A DNA stretch of 64,000 nt from Candidatus Bathyarchaeota archaeon (GTDB lineage Archaea > Thermoproteota > Bathyarchaeia > 40CM-2-53-6), in contig VBAX01000047.1 of assembly GCA_005883075.1 (NCBI GenBank), positions 29,598 through 93,597 on the forward strand. Reading direction: 5' to 3'. Under the pieces are notes generated by a model, which saw only the letters and a list, made by a program, of their open reading frames with translations, had not been told where the DNA came from and searched no databases. The translations under genes and the position numbers were made by a program. Shown here piece after piece: positions 20,006 to 29,845 of the stretch (position 1 is the first letter of the stretch; each line of letters starts with the position of its first letter).

Positions 20006-20647
20006 CTAGGGAATGCGTTTCGCAACTTGCCCCACAAAGGGGTTGGCTAGTTTTTCGTCACCTATGCTTGTCTCTGGTCCATGACCGGGATACACGATGG
20101 TATCGTTATCTAGGGTGAACAAGCGCTTGGTTATAGAACGTATTAGCGTGTCGAGGTCGCCTCCTGGAAGGTCGGTTCGTCCGATCGACTGGTTGAACAG
20201 TGCGTCCCCGGTTAGGACAAAGCCTTGACCGGCTAGGCTGATGCTCCCCGGAGAATGTCCTGGGGTGTGAATCACCTTCACCTGGTCCTCTCCAAAGGCT
20301 ATCGATTCTCCGTCCTTGAGAAACCGATCCACCTTAGGTGGCGGCGGGACGCTGAAACCCATAATCTGGCGGACACGCTTCTGCATAGACTCGAGCGTCG
20401 AGAGATCGTCATGGTGGATTAGAAATGGAATCGTGAGCTTGGCGCGAATAGAGTCAACACCAAGTACATGATCAAAGTGAGTATGAGTCGCAATGATTCC
20501 GTTGGGCTCGACAGAGACGTCGGTGAGGAAGCGAAGAATTCTTTCCGGTTCGTCGCCCGGATCGACGACCAACGCAGCCGAGTCTGATTGAAGAATATAG
20601 CAGTTTGTCTGTAAGCGCCCCACCACAAGTGTGTGTACCTTAGCCAT
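20006..20647 (-). CDS. MBL-fold metallo-hydrolase (glyoxalase II-like)
   Basis: HTHFDH metal-binding motif. About 213 aa. Confidence 0.75.
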   Translation of the reverse strand: MAKVHTLVVGRLQTNCYILQSDSAALVVDPGDEPERILRFLTDVSVEPNGIIATHTHFDHVLGVDSIRAKLTIPFLIHHDDLSTLESMQKRVRQIMGFSVPPPPKVDRFLKDGESIAFGEDQVKVIHTPGHSPGSISLAGQGFVLTGDALFNQSIGRTDLPGGDLDTLIRSITKRLFTLDNDTIVYPGHGPETSIGDEKLANPFVGQVAKRIP

Positions 20648-20925
20648 TTTCGAATGTCAGTCGTGACCCCTGCTCAGGGGGAAGAATATGAACTTGGAGC
20701 GACCTGATTACGAGATGCCTTCCTCGGGTATATCCATCGATCAACCGGCGGAACTTTGCCTGTTTTCTACTTTCATGCGGATGATGGGAAAGCAGGAGAA
20801 TTTGGCCGGGTGCGGGAAACGAAGTTTTGAGAGTAGCTTGGGCTAGAGATTTCATCTCATGTGTATCTGGGTCTATCTTCGAGAAGCCATGAACTTAAAT
20901 GGGTAGTAGGTTTTGATCCATAACT

Positions 20926-22359
20926 ATGAAGAAAATACTGACCATTACAGCTCTAGTTGTTACTGCTCTAATGCTTGCAACCCCTCTCGGAGTCGGGACA
21001 ATCGTCAGCGACTTCTACTACAAACCGAGCCTGAGCTATGTTCAGCTCGGTCCCCTAACGACACTTCCACAAGGCATACCTCTCTGCAAGAGCGCGTCTC
21101 TCGGCAACATCGTGTGCTACTCGCCGAGTTTCATCAAGAAGGCGTACGAGTTCCCATCGACCTCTACCCTTGATGGTTCGGGCCAGACAATCGTGATCGT
21201 TGACGCTTTCGGGAGCCCAACGATTGCCAACGACCTAGCATTGTTTGACGCACGCTTTGGAATTTCAGCACCGCCGTCTTTCACAATATTCTGCGGCAAT
21301 TCTCCGACCCCACTCGACCCCAGCACGTGCCCAGTGGTCAACATCAATGCGAATCCGAAACATGACGAATTCGGCTGGACTATAGAGACAAGCCTCGATG
21401 TAGAATACGCCCACGCCATGGCTCCAGGAGCCAACATTGTCCTTGACGTTGCATCAACCTCGTCCGGGAACGCAATCAATGACGCTGAGACCGCGGCCAT
21501 AGCAGCCTACCCAGGCGCTATATTCTCGCAAAGCTTCGGCATTCCAGAAATCTTCCTCACCGGAAACGGAAACCCAGGCCAAGTCAGTCAAGCCCAAGCG
21601 AACTATGCGAACGGCGTCGCCAAAGGTGACACATTCTTCGCCTCAGCAGGAGACACAGGTGCAACTTTCGGCACCAACACCGCAATGGCGAACTTCCCCG
21701 GCTCTGACCTGCACAACACCGGTGTCACTGGAACTCAGGGACTACCCTACAATGCAACTGGAACCCTCACGCCATGCACTACTGCCACACCTTTCTCGTG
21801 CACCTCGGGACTATCCTCCTACCACGGTCCATGTGTCCTTGGCCGAACGATCCCACCCAATTGTGTACCCGATGGGTACGGTGGGGAACAGGTCTGGAAC
21901 GAACCTAGCTTCGGAGCCGCGACCGGTGGAGCGCAGAGCTTACTTTTCGGCGTACCATCCTACCAGGCCGGCCTTGGTCTATCAGCAAGGGGTCCGGATG
22001 TGGACTACAACGCAGCCATCGACGGTGGAGTTTTGGTCGTCTACGGAGGCTTCGGATTCCCAGTCCTATTCATAGTTGGAGGAACCAGCGCTGGTTCTCC
22101 ACAATGGGCGGGAATCACTGCCTTGGTGAACCAGGCTCGGGCCAATGCGGGTAAAGGTCCGATCGGCGACTTGAACCCAGCTCTCTATGCGATCTATCAC
22201 AGCACACGCTACTCGACTGACTTCCACGACATTACCGTAGGTAGCGATCAACTGGTCGGCACACCGGTTGGTTTCTCAGCGGGCACAGGGTACGATGTCG
22301 CATCAGGCATCGGCTCCCCCGTCGTGGACCAACTGATCGTCGACCTAACAGCAGCATAG
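20926..22359 (+). CDS. secreted sedolisin-like (S53) serine-carboxyl peptidase
   Basis: N-terminal signal peptide and a pro-domain-like region. GGTSAGSP resembles the catalytic Ser motif of S53/S8 peptidases. Confidence 0.6.
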   Translation: MKKILTITALVVTALMLATPLGVGTIVSDFYYKPSLSYVQLGPLTTLPQGIPLCKSASLGNIVCYSPSFIKKAYEFPSTSTLDGSGQTIVIVDAFGSPTIANDLALFDARFGISAPPSFTIFCGNSPTPLDPSTCPVVNINANPKHDEFGWTIETSLDVEYAHAMAPGANIVLDVASTSSGNAINDAETAAIAAYPGAIFSQSFGIPEIFLTGNGNPGQVSQAQANYANGVAKGDTFFASAGDTGATFGTNTAMANFPGSDLHNTGVTGTQGLPYNATGTLTPCTTATPFSCTSGLSSYHGPCVLGRTIPPNCVPDGYGGEQVWNEPSFGAATGGAQSLLFGVPSYQAGLGLSARGPDVDYNAAIDGGVLVVYGGFGFPVLFIVGGTSAGSPQWAGITALVNQARANAGKGPIGDLNPALYAIYHSTRYSTDFHDITVGSDQLVGTPVGFSAGTGYDVASGIGSPVVDQLIVDLTAA

Positions 22360-22373
22360 ACTAGACTGAAAGT

Positions 22374-22407
22374 GGGAGGCATGTCCTCCCCAACCCCCTC
22401 TTTTTTT
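22374..22407 (+). terminator. hairpin + T-run terminator between convergent genes
   Basis: GGGAGGcatgtCCTCCC stem-loop followed by CCCCCTCTTTTTTT, directly after the S53 peptidase stop. Confidence 0.5.
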
Positions 22408-22585
22408 GACCTTCTCTTGAACGTCCGACAGTAAGATCCATAGTAACGTGGGCTGTTCTCTCAGAGAGATAAGCCTGATTTCTCCCTGACTCAGCCCGGT
22501 CCCCAATCTCGGGGCTTTGTAGAAGAAAAGAGGGACCTTTTCGCTGTAGGTCCATAGTATCGGAGCTATTGTTTCGGGTCAACTC

Positions 22586-24625
22586 TCACATTGGATGTAT
22601 GTGGGACTCAGCACATGAGGCTGGGAAGGAACCGGTGGCAACGGGGGAGAAAACTTCAATCCGGTTGTTGCTCGTTCCACTGGAGGTTCCTGTATCGACC
22701 ACGTAGACATTCCCTGAACTGTCCACGGCCAGCCCGTTCGGATTCACGAGCTGGCCATTTGCAGACCCCATCATCCCGAAGGATGTGAGAAACGTGCCGT
22801 TGCTGGCGAACTCTTGGACTCGGTTATTGAAAGTGTCGGCCACGTAGACATTCCCAGCTGAGTCTAGGGCTAAGTGTCCAGGGACATTGAACTGCCCATT
22901 TCCGGGACCGGAAGATCCCCAGGAGATGAGGAATCCTCCCGAGCTGTTGAATTTCTCGATACGATTGTTCGATGAGTCGCTTACATACACGTTGCCTGAG
23001 GCGTCTACAACGATGCCAGTTGGATTGCTGAACTGGCCGTTAGCGGTCCCCAACGACCCCCAAGTCATGATGAAGTTTCCTAAACTGTCAAACTTTTGCA
23101 CTCGATTGCCCGAGTAATCTGTAACGTAGACGTTGTTTGAACTGTCTGTTGCGACACCGTATGGACCGTTGAACTGCCCGTTGCCCAATCCAAAGGATCC
23201 CCATGCTCTAGTGAAAGTACCGTTCGGAAGGAATTTTTCAATTCGGTTATTGGAATAATCTGAAACATAGACGCTACCACTGTGGTCGACGGCAACTCCA
23301 AAAGGACCGTCGAGCTGGCCGGCTGCATTCCCAGTCGCTCCCCACGCCAATAGGAAAGTTCCAGATGTGGAGAACACTTGTATTCGATTATTTAGTTCGT
23401 CAACAACATAGACGCGGCCCGAACTGTCCACGGCTCCATCATAAGGACTAGAGAACAGTCCGAATCTTGGATATGTGAGACTTGAAATGTACGATCCTGT
23501 GCTAGCTGAGAATTTCTGAACTCTAAAGTTGTTTGAATCACCAACATACAGGTTCTGCAGAGAATCAACGGCTACCCCAACCGGGTTGTTGAACTGTCCA
23601 GGCAATCCGCCCGGAGAGCCCCACATCAAGATGAGGTTGCCGGTCGTAGTGTCGAACCTTTCCACATCATTCCGCAGGTTGTCGGTGACATAGATGTTGG
23701 ATGCGTTGTCGACTGCCATCATCGCCGGTGCCGCAAGGCTGCCCCCGAAATTCAGCCCTCCCCACGTTAGGACAAGACTGCCCGTCTTGGTAAATTTAGT
23801 AATATTGTTCGACTTGGTGGCGCTGTCGCTCACGTATACGAATCCTGACGAATCCACCGCTATTCCATACGGACTCAGGAATTTGCCTTGACTCGTACCA
23901 AGCCCGCCGAAAGATCCAACGTATGTTCCATTATTCCTGAATATCTGAACACGTTGGTTTCCTTGATCTACCACGTATACGAAGCCGGTAGCGTTAACGC
24001 TAACCCCGAGCGGGGTCTTGAATTGGCCATTTCCGGACCCAGTCGAGCCCCATGAGGTGATGAAGTTCCCGGAAGAATCGAACTTCTGAATGTTGTTATT
24101 CACTGAATCAGAAACGTACACGTTTCCTTGGGGGTCCCGAGCGATTCCTTGTGGGGTGTTGAACCGTCCTGGCCCGGTCCCTTGGGATCCCCATGTGGTT
24201 ACGAGCGATCCATCCCTTGCTAGTTTGTAAACCGCGTAGTTCTTTGCATCGGCGATGAAGATGTTGCCTGCAGAATCTACTGCAACCCCGTTGGGGGCTA
24301 AGGGTCCCCCATACCCGCCCCATTGCCGAGAGTAGACAAAGGAGTTGGTTCCAGCAACCGTAGCCTGGGTTCGGCCTCCCGCTACCCCGGCCAGCACCAT
24401 GGTCCCCTGAGTGATTATCAGAATCGTCACGGAAAGGGACAACACAAAAAGAATCATAGACCGGAGGAAAATCGGCCTTTTTTCCGTATTAACTGCGCTA
24501 GAACGAGACGCGTAGTTCACTCGCGAATTGGGACGACGTTGTGAAGAGGAGTCCTTTCTGCCAGGCCAGAGCTCTGGGTTGGTCGGGGTTCCCCTCTGTG
24601 CAAAGGTCATGAGGAGAAGAAGCAT
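22586..24625 (-). CDS. NHL-repeat beta-propeller protein (about 13 repeats) with N-terminal signal anchor
   Basis: About 13 tandem 45-47-aa repeats of the form NNRIQKFxxxGxFxxxWGSxGxGNGQFxxPxGxAVDxxGNVYVxD. Likely real start at MILFVLSLSV (about 24460), a signal anchor. Confidence 0.85.
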   Translation of the reverse strand: MLLLLMTFAQRGTPTNPELWPGRKDSSSQRRPNSRVNYASRSSAVNTEKRPIFLRSMILFVLSLSVTILIITQGTMVLAGVAGGRTQATVAGTNSFVYSRQWGGYGGPLAPNGVAVDSAGNIFIADAKNYAVYKLARDGSLVTTWGSQGTGPGRFNTPQGIARDPQGNVYVSDSVNNNIQKFDSSGNFITSWGSTGSGNGQFKTPLGVSVNATGFVYVVDQGNQRVQIFRNNGTYVGSFGGLGTSQGKFLSPYGIAVDSSGFVYVSDSATKSNNITKFTKTGSLVLTWGGLNFGGSLAAPAMMAVDNASNIYVTDNLRNDVERFDTTTGNLILMWGSPGGLPGQFNNPVGVAVDSLQNLYVGDSNNFRVQKFSASTGSYISSLTYPRFGLFSSPYDGAVDSSGRVYVVDELNNRIQVFSTSGTFLLAWGATGNAAGQLDGPFGVAVDHSGSVYVSDYSNNRIEKFLPNGTFTRAWGSFGLGNGQFNGPYGVATDSSNNVYVTDYSGNRVQKFDSLGNFIMTWGSLGTANGQFSNPTGIVVDASGNVYVSDSSNNRIEKFNSSGGFLISWGSSGPGNGQFNVPGHLALDSAGNVYVADTFNNRVQEFASNGTFLTSFGMMGSANGQLVNPNGLAVDSSGNVYVVDTGTSSGTSNNRIEVFSPVATGSFPASCAESHIHPM

Positions 24626-24857
24626 TCTCTCTTTTTCCGTCCCAGGTCTCTTGTCTTAAAAAACACTTTCTCGAGTTTTCATAGCCCCACTATTGACACG
24701 GAAATATCCAGGGATAGCTTACGCCGGCTTGATATTTCTCCGGGGGGCCTCTCACAATGTGTGAGTGGAGAGAATGTGAAGGGAGCCGACTCGCCCGAAA
24801 TTCGCAGAGAATCCCTGTTCTGGAATGGTGGCAAGAAAAGACATAAGAAAATCTTTG

Positions 24858-27716
24858 TTAGTTATTCCAGAAAGGCCTTGTTGCTATGAACTGTAGCTTA
24901 GCCTCCAGAAGGTCTCTATAGAATTCGTCATCGCTTTCATGCATCTTCGACAGAACTCTCGCAGCGGTTTGCGGTCCGATACCGTATACTGACTGGGCTA
25001 TTATCGCTCTCCTCCCATAGGCGATTACGAGATCCGCTGAACGTCGTGCTCTGGTCAAAGCCTTCTGCTCGTTCTCGTCCAGTGATTGTTTGTCTTGCTT
25101 TTTGTGGAGAATGTTCGTTGCATAGGCACTGGACCAGAAAAGTGGAGCCAGAAGCTTGGAGCTGCAATCTTGGCAGAACGGATGGTCTGGAAGACTTGCT
25201 ATACTAGCATCTCTGGTGAGCTTGCCGCAGTCGAAGCACAGCATGTCGATGGATCGTCCTTCGATCGAAATGCGGAGTCTAGTCATATTGTCCGTGGCAA
25301 CGTTCTCCGGTGCGATTAGCTCAGGGATGTCAACGTGTCGATAGAGGATGTGGTAGGCTAGTGGTGTGGGCTTGTCTTTGGATCTGAAGAATCTCAGGTC
25401 AATTTTTCCTTCACTGATCTCTTTGAAGATTCCTTTCACGCCGTCGAAGTCAGAATGTTCCATCAGTGCTTCCCTGATTGTCTCGTCGTAGATGGGAGTG
25501 AGTCGAAATCTCAGCATCAGTTCCTTCATAGCATCTCCATACATGAGCCGCCCACGGGCAAGTGCTCCGAACCTCTCGGCGGCATGTTTCATATGGAGCT
25601 GCCACGGGAAGTGACGATGAAGCACTCCGTGACATGCTCCTCCTAGCACGGGCTCTTCGACCCCGAACACTTTCTTCAGGAACAGATCCTCTAGATCCAA
25701 GTCAGACGTGTCAGCGGTCATCTCAAACAGAATTCGGTAGGGGTCCGACCACCACATTCGGACGAGGCCTTGGCGGCGGAACAGTTCTTCGATAACTTCT
25801 CCAAGTGTAAAGTTGAGTATGTCTCCGAGATGGGTGTGAAGGATGATGTATCGGTCAAATCCTTCGATGAGGACTCGTTGATCGGTTGGAACAGGCGCTC
25901 CAGTAGCCTTGTGGGTTTCTATCTCTTCAATAAGTCGTCTCAATCCATAGATGTCGCAAGGCCAACGCTGAGAAAGGGTCTCAACCGCCGTCGATTTCGT
26001 GGTGTTTTCATCAATTAGCTTGTCCATGATGGATCGGTAGACTCCGACCTTGGTTGCAAGTGCGCGGGGCACGGGGAGTATCTGCCCATCCCATCCGGGG
26101 ATGGCCGCTGTGGGGTCAATGATGGGGAGAACGTAGACTTTTCCATCGTCTGTGATCTGCTTGATCTGCCAGACCCGCCCTTTAACGATGAAGTTGAGTC
26201 CAATGCGAGCCTTGGTGATCATGAACTCTTCACCGAGTATACCGACGTTTTGCTGGCTGGTGAGATCTACAACCAGGTAACGGCGTTCGTCTGGGATCAT
26301 GCTCAGGTTTTCGAAATAGTAGAACCGGGTCCTGGAAGTGCGGTAGAGTGCGAAATCATCTTTCTTGAGGTATCCCATCTTGCGCATGAATTCGATGACC
26401 TTGTCAAACGCTCCATCTTCTAACTCATGGTATGGGTAGGCTCTCTTGATGATGTTCTTGGCTTGAAAGATCTCAAGGCTTCCGTCCGAGTCCATCAGCA
26501 CTCCAGCAATCTGATGGGCGAGCACGTCTAAGGCTCCAAGATGGATAATAGTGTGCTCTAGTCTTCCCTCCCTTGCGAGCTCGATTACTCCGACAGATTC
26601 TAGGATATCCTCGGTCGAGACTGAAACTAGAACGCCTTGGGAAGTTCTGGTGAGAGTATGACCTGACCGCCCTACGCGTTGAACGAGGCTGTTTACTTGT
26701 CTCGGGGACATGTATTGTACGACAAGGTCAACGGATCCAATGTCTATTCCCAGTTCAAGGGTGGATGTGCACACGAGACCTTTGATTTCTCCGCCCTTGA
26801 ATGCTTCCTCGGCTCGAACTCTTTCCTCTCTTGGGAGCGACCCGTGGTGGACCATTATCTTTCGGTCCATCATGTTGAACTTGGATCCGAGCAGTTCTGC
26901 GTTGACCCGGCTGTTAACGAAGATGAGTGTGGAATCGTGAGCCTCTACCAGGTCGTCTACGAGTGTAAGCCGCGCCGCAGCCTCGGGCGTAGTGTATAGT
27001 CGTCGGGCGAGGTCTCGATCCTCCTCTCCTGGTGCCGGATACTCCACCTTGTACCTGGTCAGCTTGTTCAGTGGAATCTGTACTGTCTTGACAGGCTGGT
27101 CGCCGCCGAGGAATAATGCGATCTCTTCGGGGTTTCCTACAGTAGCTGAGAGTCCCACCCTCTGGAAACCGTTGACGCAGATCTCTCTCAACCGTTCGAG
27201 ACCGACGGTCAGTTGGACTCCTCTACGGTCGCCTGCCAGCTCGTGGATCTCATCGATTACTACGGATTTGACGTGACGAAGATGATCTCTCATGCGTTTG
27301 CCCGGCAGTACAGCTTGGAGGGTTTCCGGTGTTGTGATGAGAAGGTCGGGGGGCTTGACTGCCATTCGTCTTCTTTCTTTGGCCGGGGTATCCCCGTGTC
27401 GAACTTCGACCGAGAAGCCAAGCTTGCTGGACCATGATTGGAGTCGCTTGAGGAGGTCTCGGTTTAGCGCCCTGAGCGGTGTAACATAGATGAGCGAGAT
27501 GCCTTGTCTGTCCGGATTCCGGATCATTGCATCGATTAACGGCAGTAGTGCTGCCTCGGTCTTGCCTGAACCCGTGGGGGCGATTATGAGGACGTTGTCG
27601 CCCTGGGCGATCAGGGGGATGGCTTCGACCTGTGGTGGGGTGGGTTTTGAGAGTCCTGTCTCCTGGAGCAGTCCTTTCAGTGAGGGAGAGAGGAAGGCGA
27701 AGGCTTCCAGGGCCAT
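24858..27716 (-). CDS. lhr: Lhr-family ATP-dependent DEAD/DEAH-box helicase with C-terminal zinc-ribbon domain
   Basis: Motif I APTGSGKTEAAL and motif II DEIHEL. Length of about 950 aa, with a C-terminal CFDCG...CQDC zinc ribbon as in archaeal Lhr-core homologs. Confidence 0.85.
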   Translation of the reverse strand: MALEAFAFLSPSLKGLLQETGLSKPTPPQVEAIPLIAQGDNVLIIAPTGSGKTEAALLPLIDAMIRNPDRQGISLIYVTPLRALNRDLLKRLQSWSSKLGFSVEVRHGDTPAKERRRMAVKPPDLLITTPETLQAVLPGKRMRDHLRHVKSVVIDEIHELAGDRRGVQLTVGLERLREICVNGFQRVGLSATVGNPEEIALFLGGDQPVKTVQIPLNKLTRYKVEYPAPGEEDRDLARRLYTTPEAAARLTLVDDLVEAHDSTLIFVNSRVNAELLGSKFNMMDRKIMVHHGSLPREERVRAEEAFKGGEIKGLVCTSTLELGIDIGSVDLVVQYMSPRQVNSLVQRVGRSGHTLTRTSQGVLVSVSTEDILESVGVIELAREGRLEHTIIHLGALDVLAHQIAGVLMDSDGSLEIFQAKNIIKRAYPYHELEDGAFDKVIEFMRKMGYLKKDDFALYRTSRTRFYYFENLSMIPDERRYLVVDLTSQQNVGILGEEFMITKARIGLNFIVKGRVWQIKQITDDGKVYVLPIIDPTAAIPGWDGQILPVPRALATKVGVYRSIMDKLIDENTTKSTAVETLSQRWPCDIYGLRRLIEEIETHKATGAPVPTDQRVLIEGFDRYIILHTHLGDILNFTLGEVIEELFRRQGLVRMWWSDPYRILFEMTADTSDLDLEDLFLKKVFGVEEPVLGGACHGVLHRHFPWQLHMKHAAERFGALARGRLMYGDAMKELMLRFRLTPIYDETIREALMEHSDFDGVKGIFKEISEGKIDLRFFRSKDKPTPLAYHILYRHVDIPELIAPENVATDNMTRLRISIEGRSIDMLCFDCGKLTRDASIASLPDHPFCQDCSSKLLAPLFWSSAYATNILHKKQDKQSLDENEQKALTRARRSADLVIAYGRRAIIAQSVYGIGPQTAARVLSKMHESDDEFYRDLLEAKLQFIATRPFWNN

Positions 27717-27795
27717 GGACTCCGCTAGTGAATGACAGAATTAATGTCTCGAAGATAAACTTCCTAGGCGACCAAAAGTGTCGTTCTTCGGACCC

Positions 27796-28206
27796 TTATT
27801 TCTTCTCTGTTATTTTCTTCAAAAAGTCCTTGTAGTCTGGGGCTTTCATGAGACTGGGCAGTTCGCTCTTCAGATCTGCCGGTTGGATTATTGTGATCCA
27901 GCCATCTCCGTACGGGTGTTTGTTGACCAGTTCGGGAGCATCAGAGAGAGTGTTGTTGACGTCGACAATTGTGCCTGAGATCGGGGAGAAGACGTCAGCG
28001 ACGGCCTTTACCGATTCGACTGTCCCGAGGCTTTGCATATGGGTTACTTTAGCGCCTATTTTTGGAAGGTCGACGTAGACGATTTCGTGCAATGAGTTTT
28101 GAGCATAGTCCGTTACTCCTACTCTACATTTGTCTCCTTCTAGCCTGACCCACTCATGCTCTTTCGTATAGTAGACATCTTCCGGAACCTTGAACTCGCC
28201 TCTCAT
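27796..28206 (-). CDS. gcvH: glycine cleavage system H protein (lipoyl carrier)
   Basis: 136 aa. Lipoyl-Lys context SVKAVADVFSPISG. Confidence 0.85.
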   Translation of the reverse strand: MRGEFKVPEDVYYTKEHEWVRLEGDKCRVGVTDYAQNSLHEIVYVDLPKIGAKVTHMQSLGTVESVKAVADVFSPISGTIVDVNNTLSDAPELVNKHPYGDGWITIIQPADLKSELPSLMKAPDYKDFLKKITEKK

Positions 28207-28344
28207 TGCAGATCTTCCAGAGATCTATGGGGCGTTACGATTCGGTATAAAGATTCCAAGAAGGATTCTCCGCGGCTTCCGGTTTTGTTCCATCCGCAGG
28301 AATCGATCGAACTAATCTTGAGATAAGCGCGCCCTTCTCAGACC

Positions 28345-28923
28345 TTAGCCTTGTATTTGGTTGACCAGTTTTGGGATTTCTGCCCAGCTTTCGACTCTGA
28401 ACACTTGGCGTAGTTCTGGGACTGTCCTGTTCCAGGGTCGGCTGTATAGTATTCCCCACATTTTCGGGTTGCGTGAGATTAGGGGCATCAGTTCTGGAGC
28501 GTCGTCGATGTATACGTCGTAGTTGAGAAAGATCTTGTCCTTCCATCCAGGAACGCGTACGAACCGCTGATACGGTATCTTTTGCTCAGCGAGCCAGCTC
28601 TTTGCCGATTTGATGCTTTCTTTGCTGCGTCCTGTCACAACATCGATTTGTCCCGAGCGGGCTATCTTACGGACCTTTTCTGCCAGCCTAGGCTCCGTAG
28701 GCGGGATGGTTTCCCAGTCGTCCCATGCCTCGTCGAGGAATTGGAAGAACTGTTCTCTGCTAATCCCAAGCTTGCGCCAAGACGCCCAAGTATCTAGATC
28801 GGCAAGGTTGAGATTCGTGCCCAGAAACTCGTTGGCATGTTTGCACCATGCTTCCATTGTTTCAGCTAGGACCCCGTCGAGATCGACTGCGATTTTCAAC
28901 CGCTCATATCGAGACCCTGGCAA
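28345..28923 (-). CDS. HAD-superfamily 5'(3')-deoxyribonucleotidase-like hydrolase
   Basis: N-terminal DLDGVLAE, the HAD motif I DxDGV. Confidence 0.5.
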   Translation of the reverse strand: MPGSRYERLKIAVDLDGVLAETMEAWCKHANEFLGTNLNLADLDTWASWRKLGISREQFFQFLDEAWDDWETIPPTEPRLAEKVRKIARSGQIDVVTGRSKESIKSAKSWLAEQKIPYQRFVRVPGWKDKIFLNYDVYIDDAPELMPLISRNPKMWGILYSRPWNRTVPELRQVFRVESWAEIPKLVNQIQG

Positions 28924-28926
28924 TGT

Positions 28927-29592
28927 ATGATCTCATTGTGTGACGTGCGAGAGTCTTTAACCTTAGGCGAGATCCGGTTCGACATGCCGCGAGAGATGAC
29001 CGTACTAGAGGGAATCAACTCTCTTCGGTCCGTCCGAAAATTCAAGTCTGACCCCATTCCTGAGGACAAGTTGAGGATCATCCTCGAGTCCGCGTCCAAG
29101 GCCGCGTCTGGTAGCAATACTCAGCCATGGGAGTTCGTCGTGGTTCGTGATGCGAGGATGAAAGCGCGTCTCAAGGAACCGATGCTGAGAACATGGCTCG
29201 AAAAGCTTGCGGCTGGTTCGGGAATGTCTCAGCGTATGCGTGATGTCTATGACGATGCAACTGAGATGCTTCGGAACACTGACAATGTGCCCGTGATAAT
29301 CTACTGCTGCATTGACATCGATCGTGTTGGGAAGAGTGAGGAGGTCCGGTACGCAAGCATCTATCCTGCAGTCCAGAACCTTATGCTTGCAGCCCACGCG
29401 CTAGGTCTCGCAACCTGCCTGACTGTTCACGGGTCAACACCAACTCGTGGAGAGCCCGAGGTCAAGAAGCTACTTGAAATTCCGGAACACGTTAAGATCG
29501 CATGCCTTGTCTATCTAGGCTATCCAGCTGTTAGACTCGGTCATCCCAAGAGAAAGCCAATTGAGAAATTCACACACCACGACCACTGGTAA
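28927..29592 (+). CDS. nitroreductase-family protein
   Basis: Nitroreductase-fold motifs RSVRKF and SGSNTQPWEFVVV. Confidence 0.75.
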   Translation: MISLCDVRESLTLGEIRFDMPREMTVLEGINSLRSVRKFKSDPIPEDKLRIILESASKAASGSNTQPWEFVVVRDARMKARLKEPMLRTWLEKLAAGSGMSQRMRDVYDDATEMLRNTDNVPVIIYCCIDIDRVGKSEEVRYASIYPAVQNLMLAAHALGLATCLTVHGSTPTRGEPEVKKLLEIPEHVKIACLVYLGYPAVRLGHPKRKPIEKFTHHDHW

Positions 29593-29625
29593 GTCGCACC
29601 TTAATCGGGTTCCTTTCTAGCTTCT

Positions 29626-29842
29626 AAGCCCAAAGAGAAGCCAGATCGGGAATCTGGGACACCGTCAAATTCTCGCCTCCAAATTGTTCAGGAACTGACC
29701 TAAATTACACGTTAACTCGCTCTTTGATCAAAGCCCAAACCCTGCCCTGAATCGCAATATTCGCCCATTACCAATGCCAGACAGAAAATCTTCCCATCAA
29801 AAAATAGGGGGGTATTGCACAGAACATCTCACGACGCAAGTC
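29626..29842 (+). repeat. copy B of the ~215-bp intergenic repeat family
   Basis: Homologous to 13873-14082 in the same orientation. Lies between the convergent stops of the nitroreductase (+) and DUF35 (-) genes. Confidence 0.8.
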
Positions 29843-29845
29843 CGG

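Noticed and set aside
22586-24625. Regular ~140-nt periodicity that could be mistaken for a CRISPR or tandem-repeat array
   Set aside because: The periodicity is in-frame NHL protein repeats with degenerate DNA identity. There is no short identical direct repeat or spacer structure, and no cas genes.
24858-27716. Lhr helicase + neighbours as a possible defence island
   Set aside because: The neighbours are gcvH, a HAD hydrolase and a nitroreductase. There are no nuclease, methylase or other defence-associated partners, so it looks like a housekeeping repair helicase.
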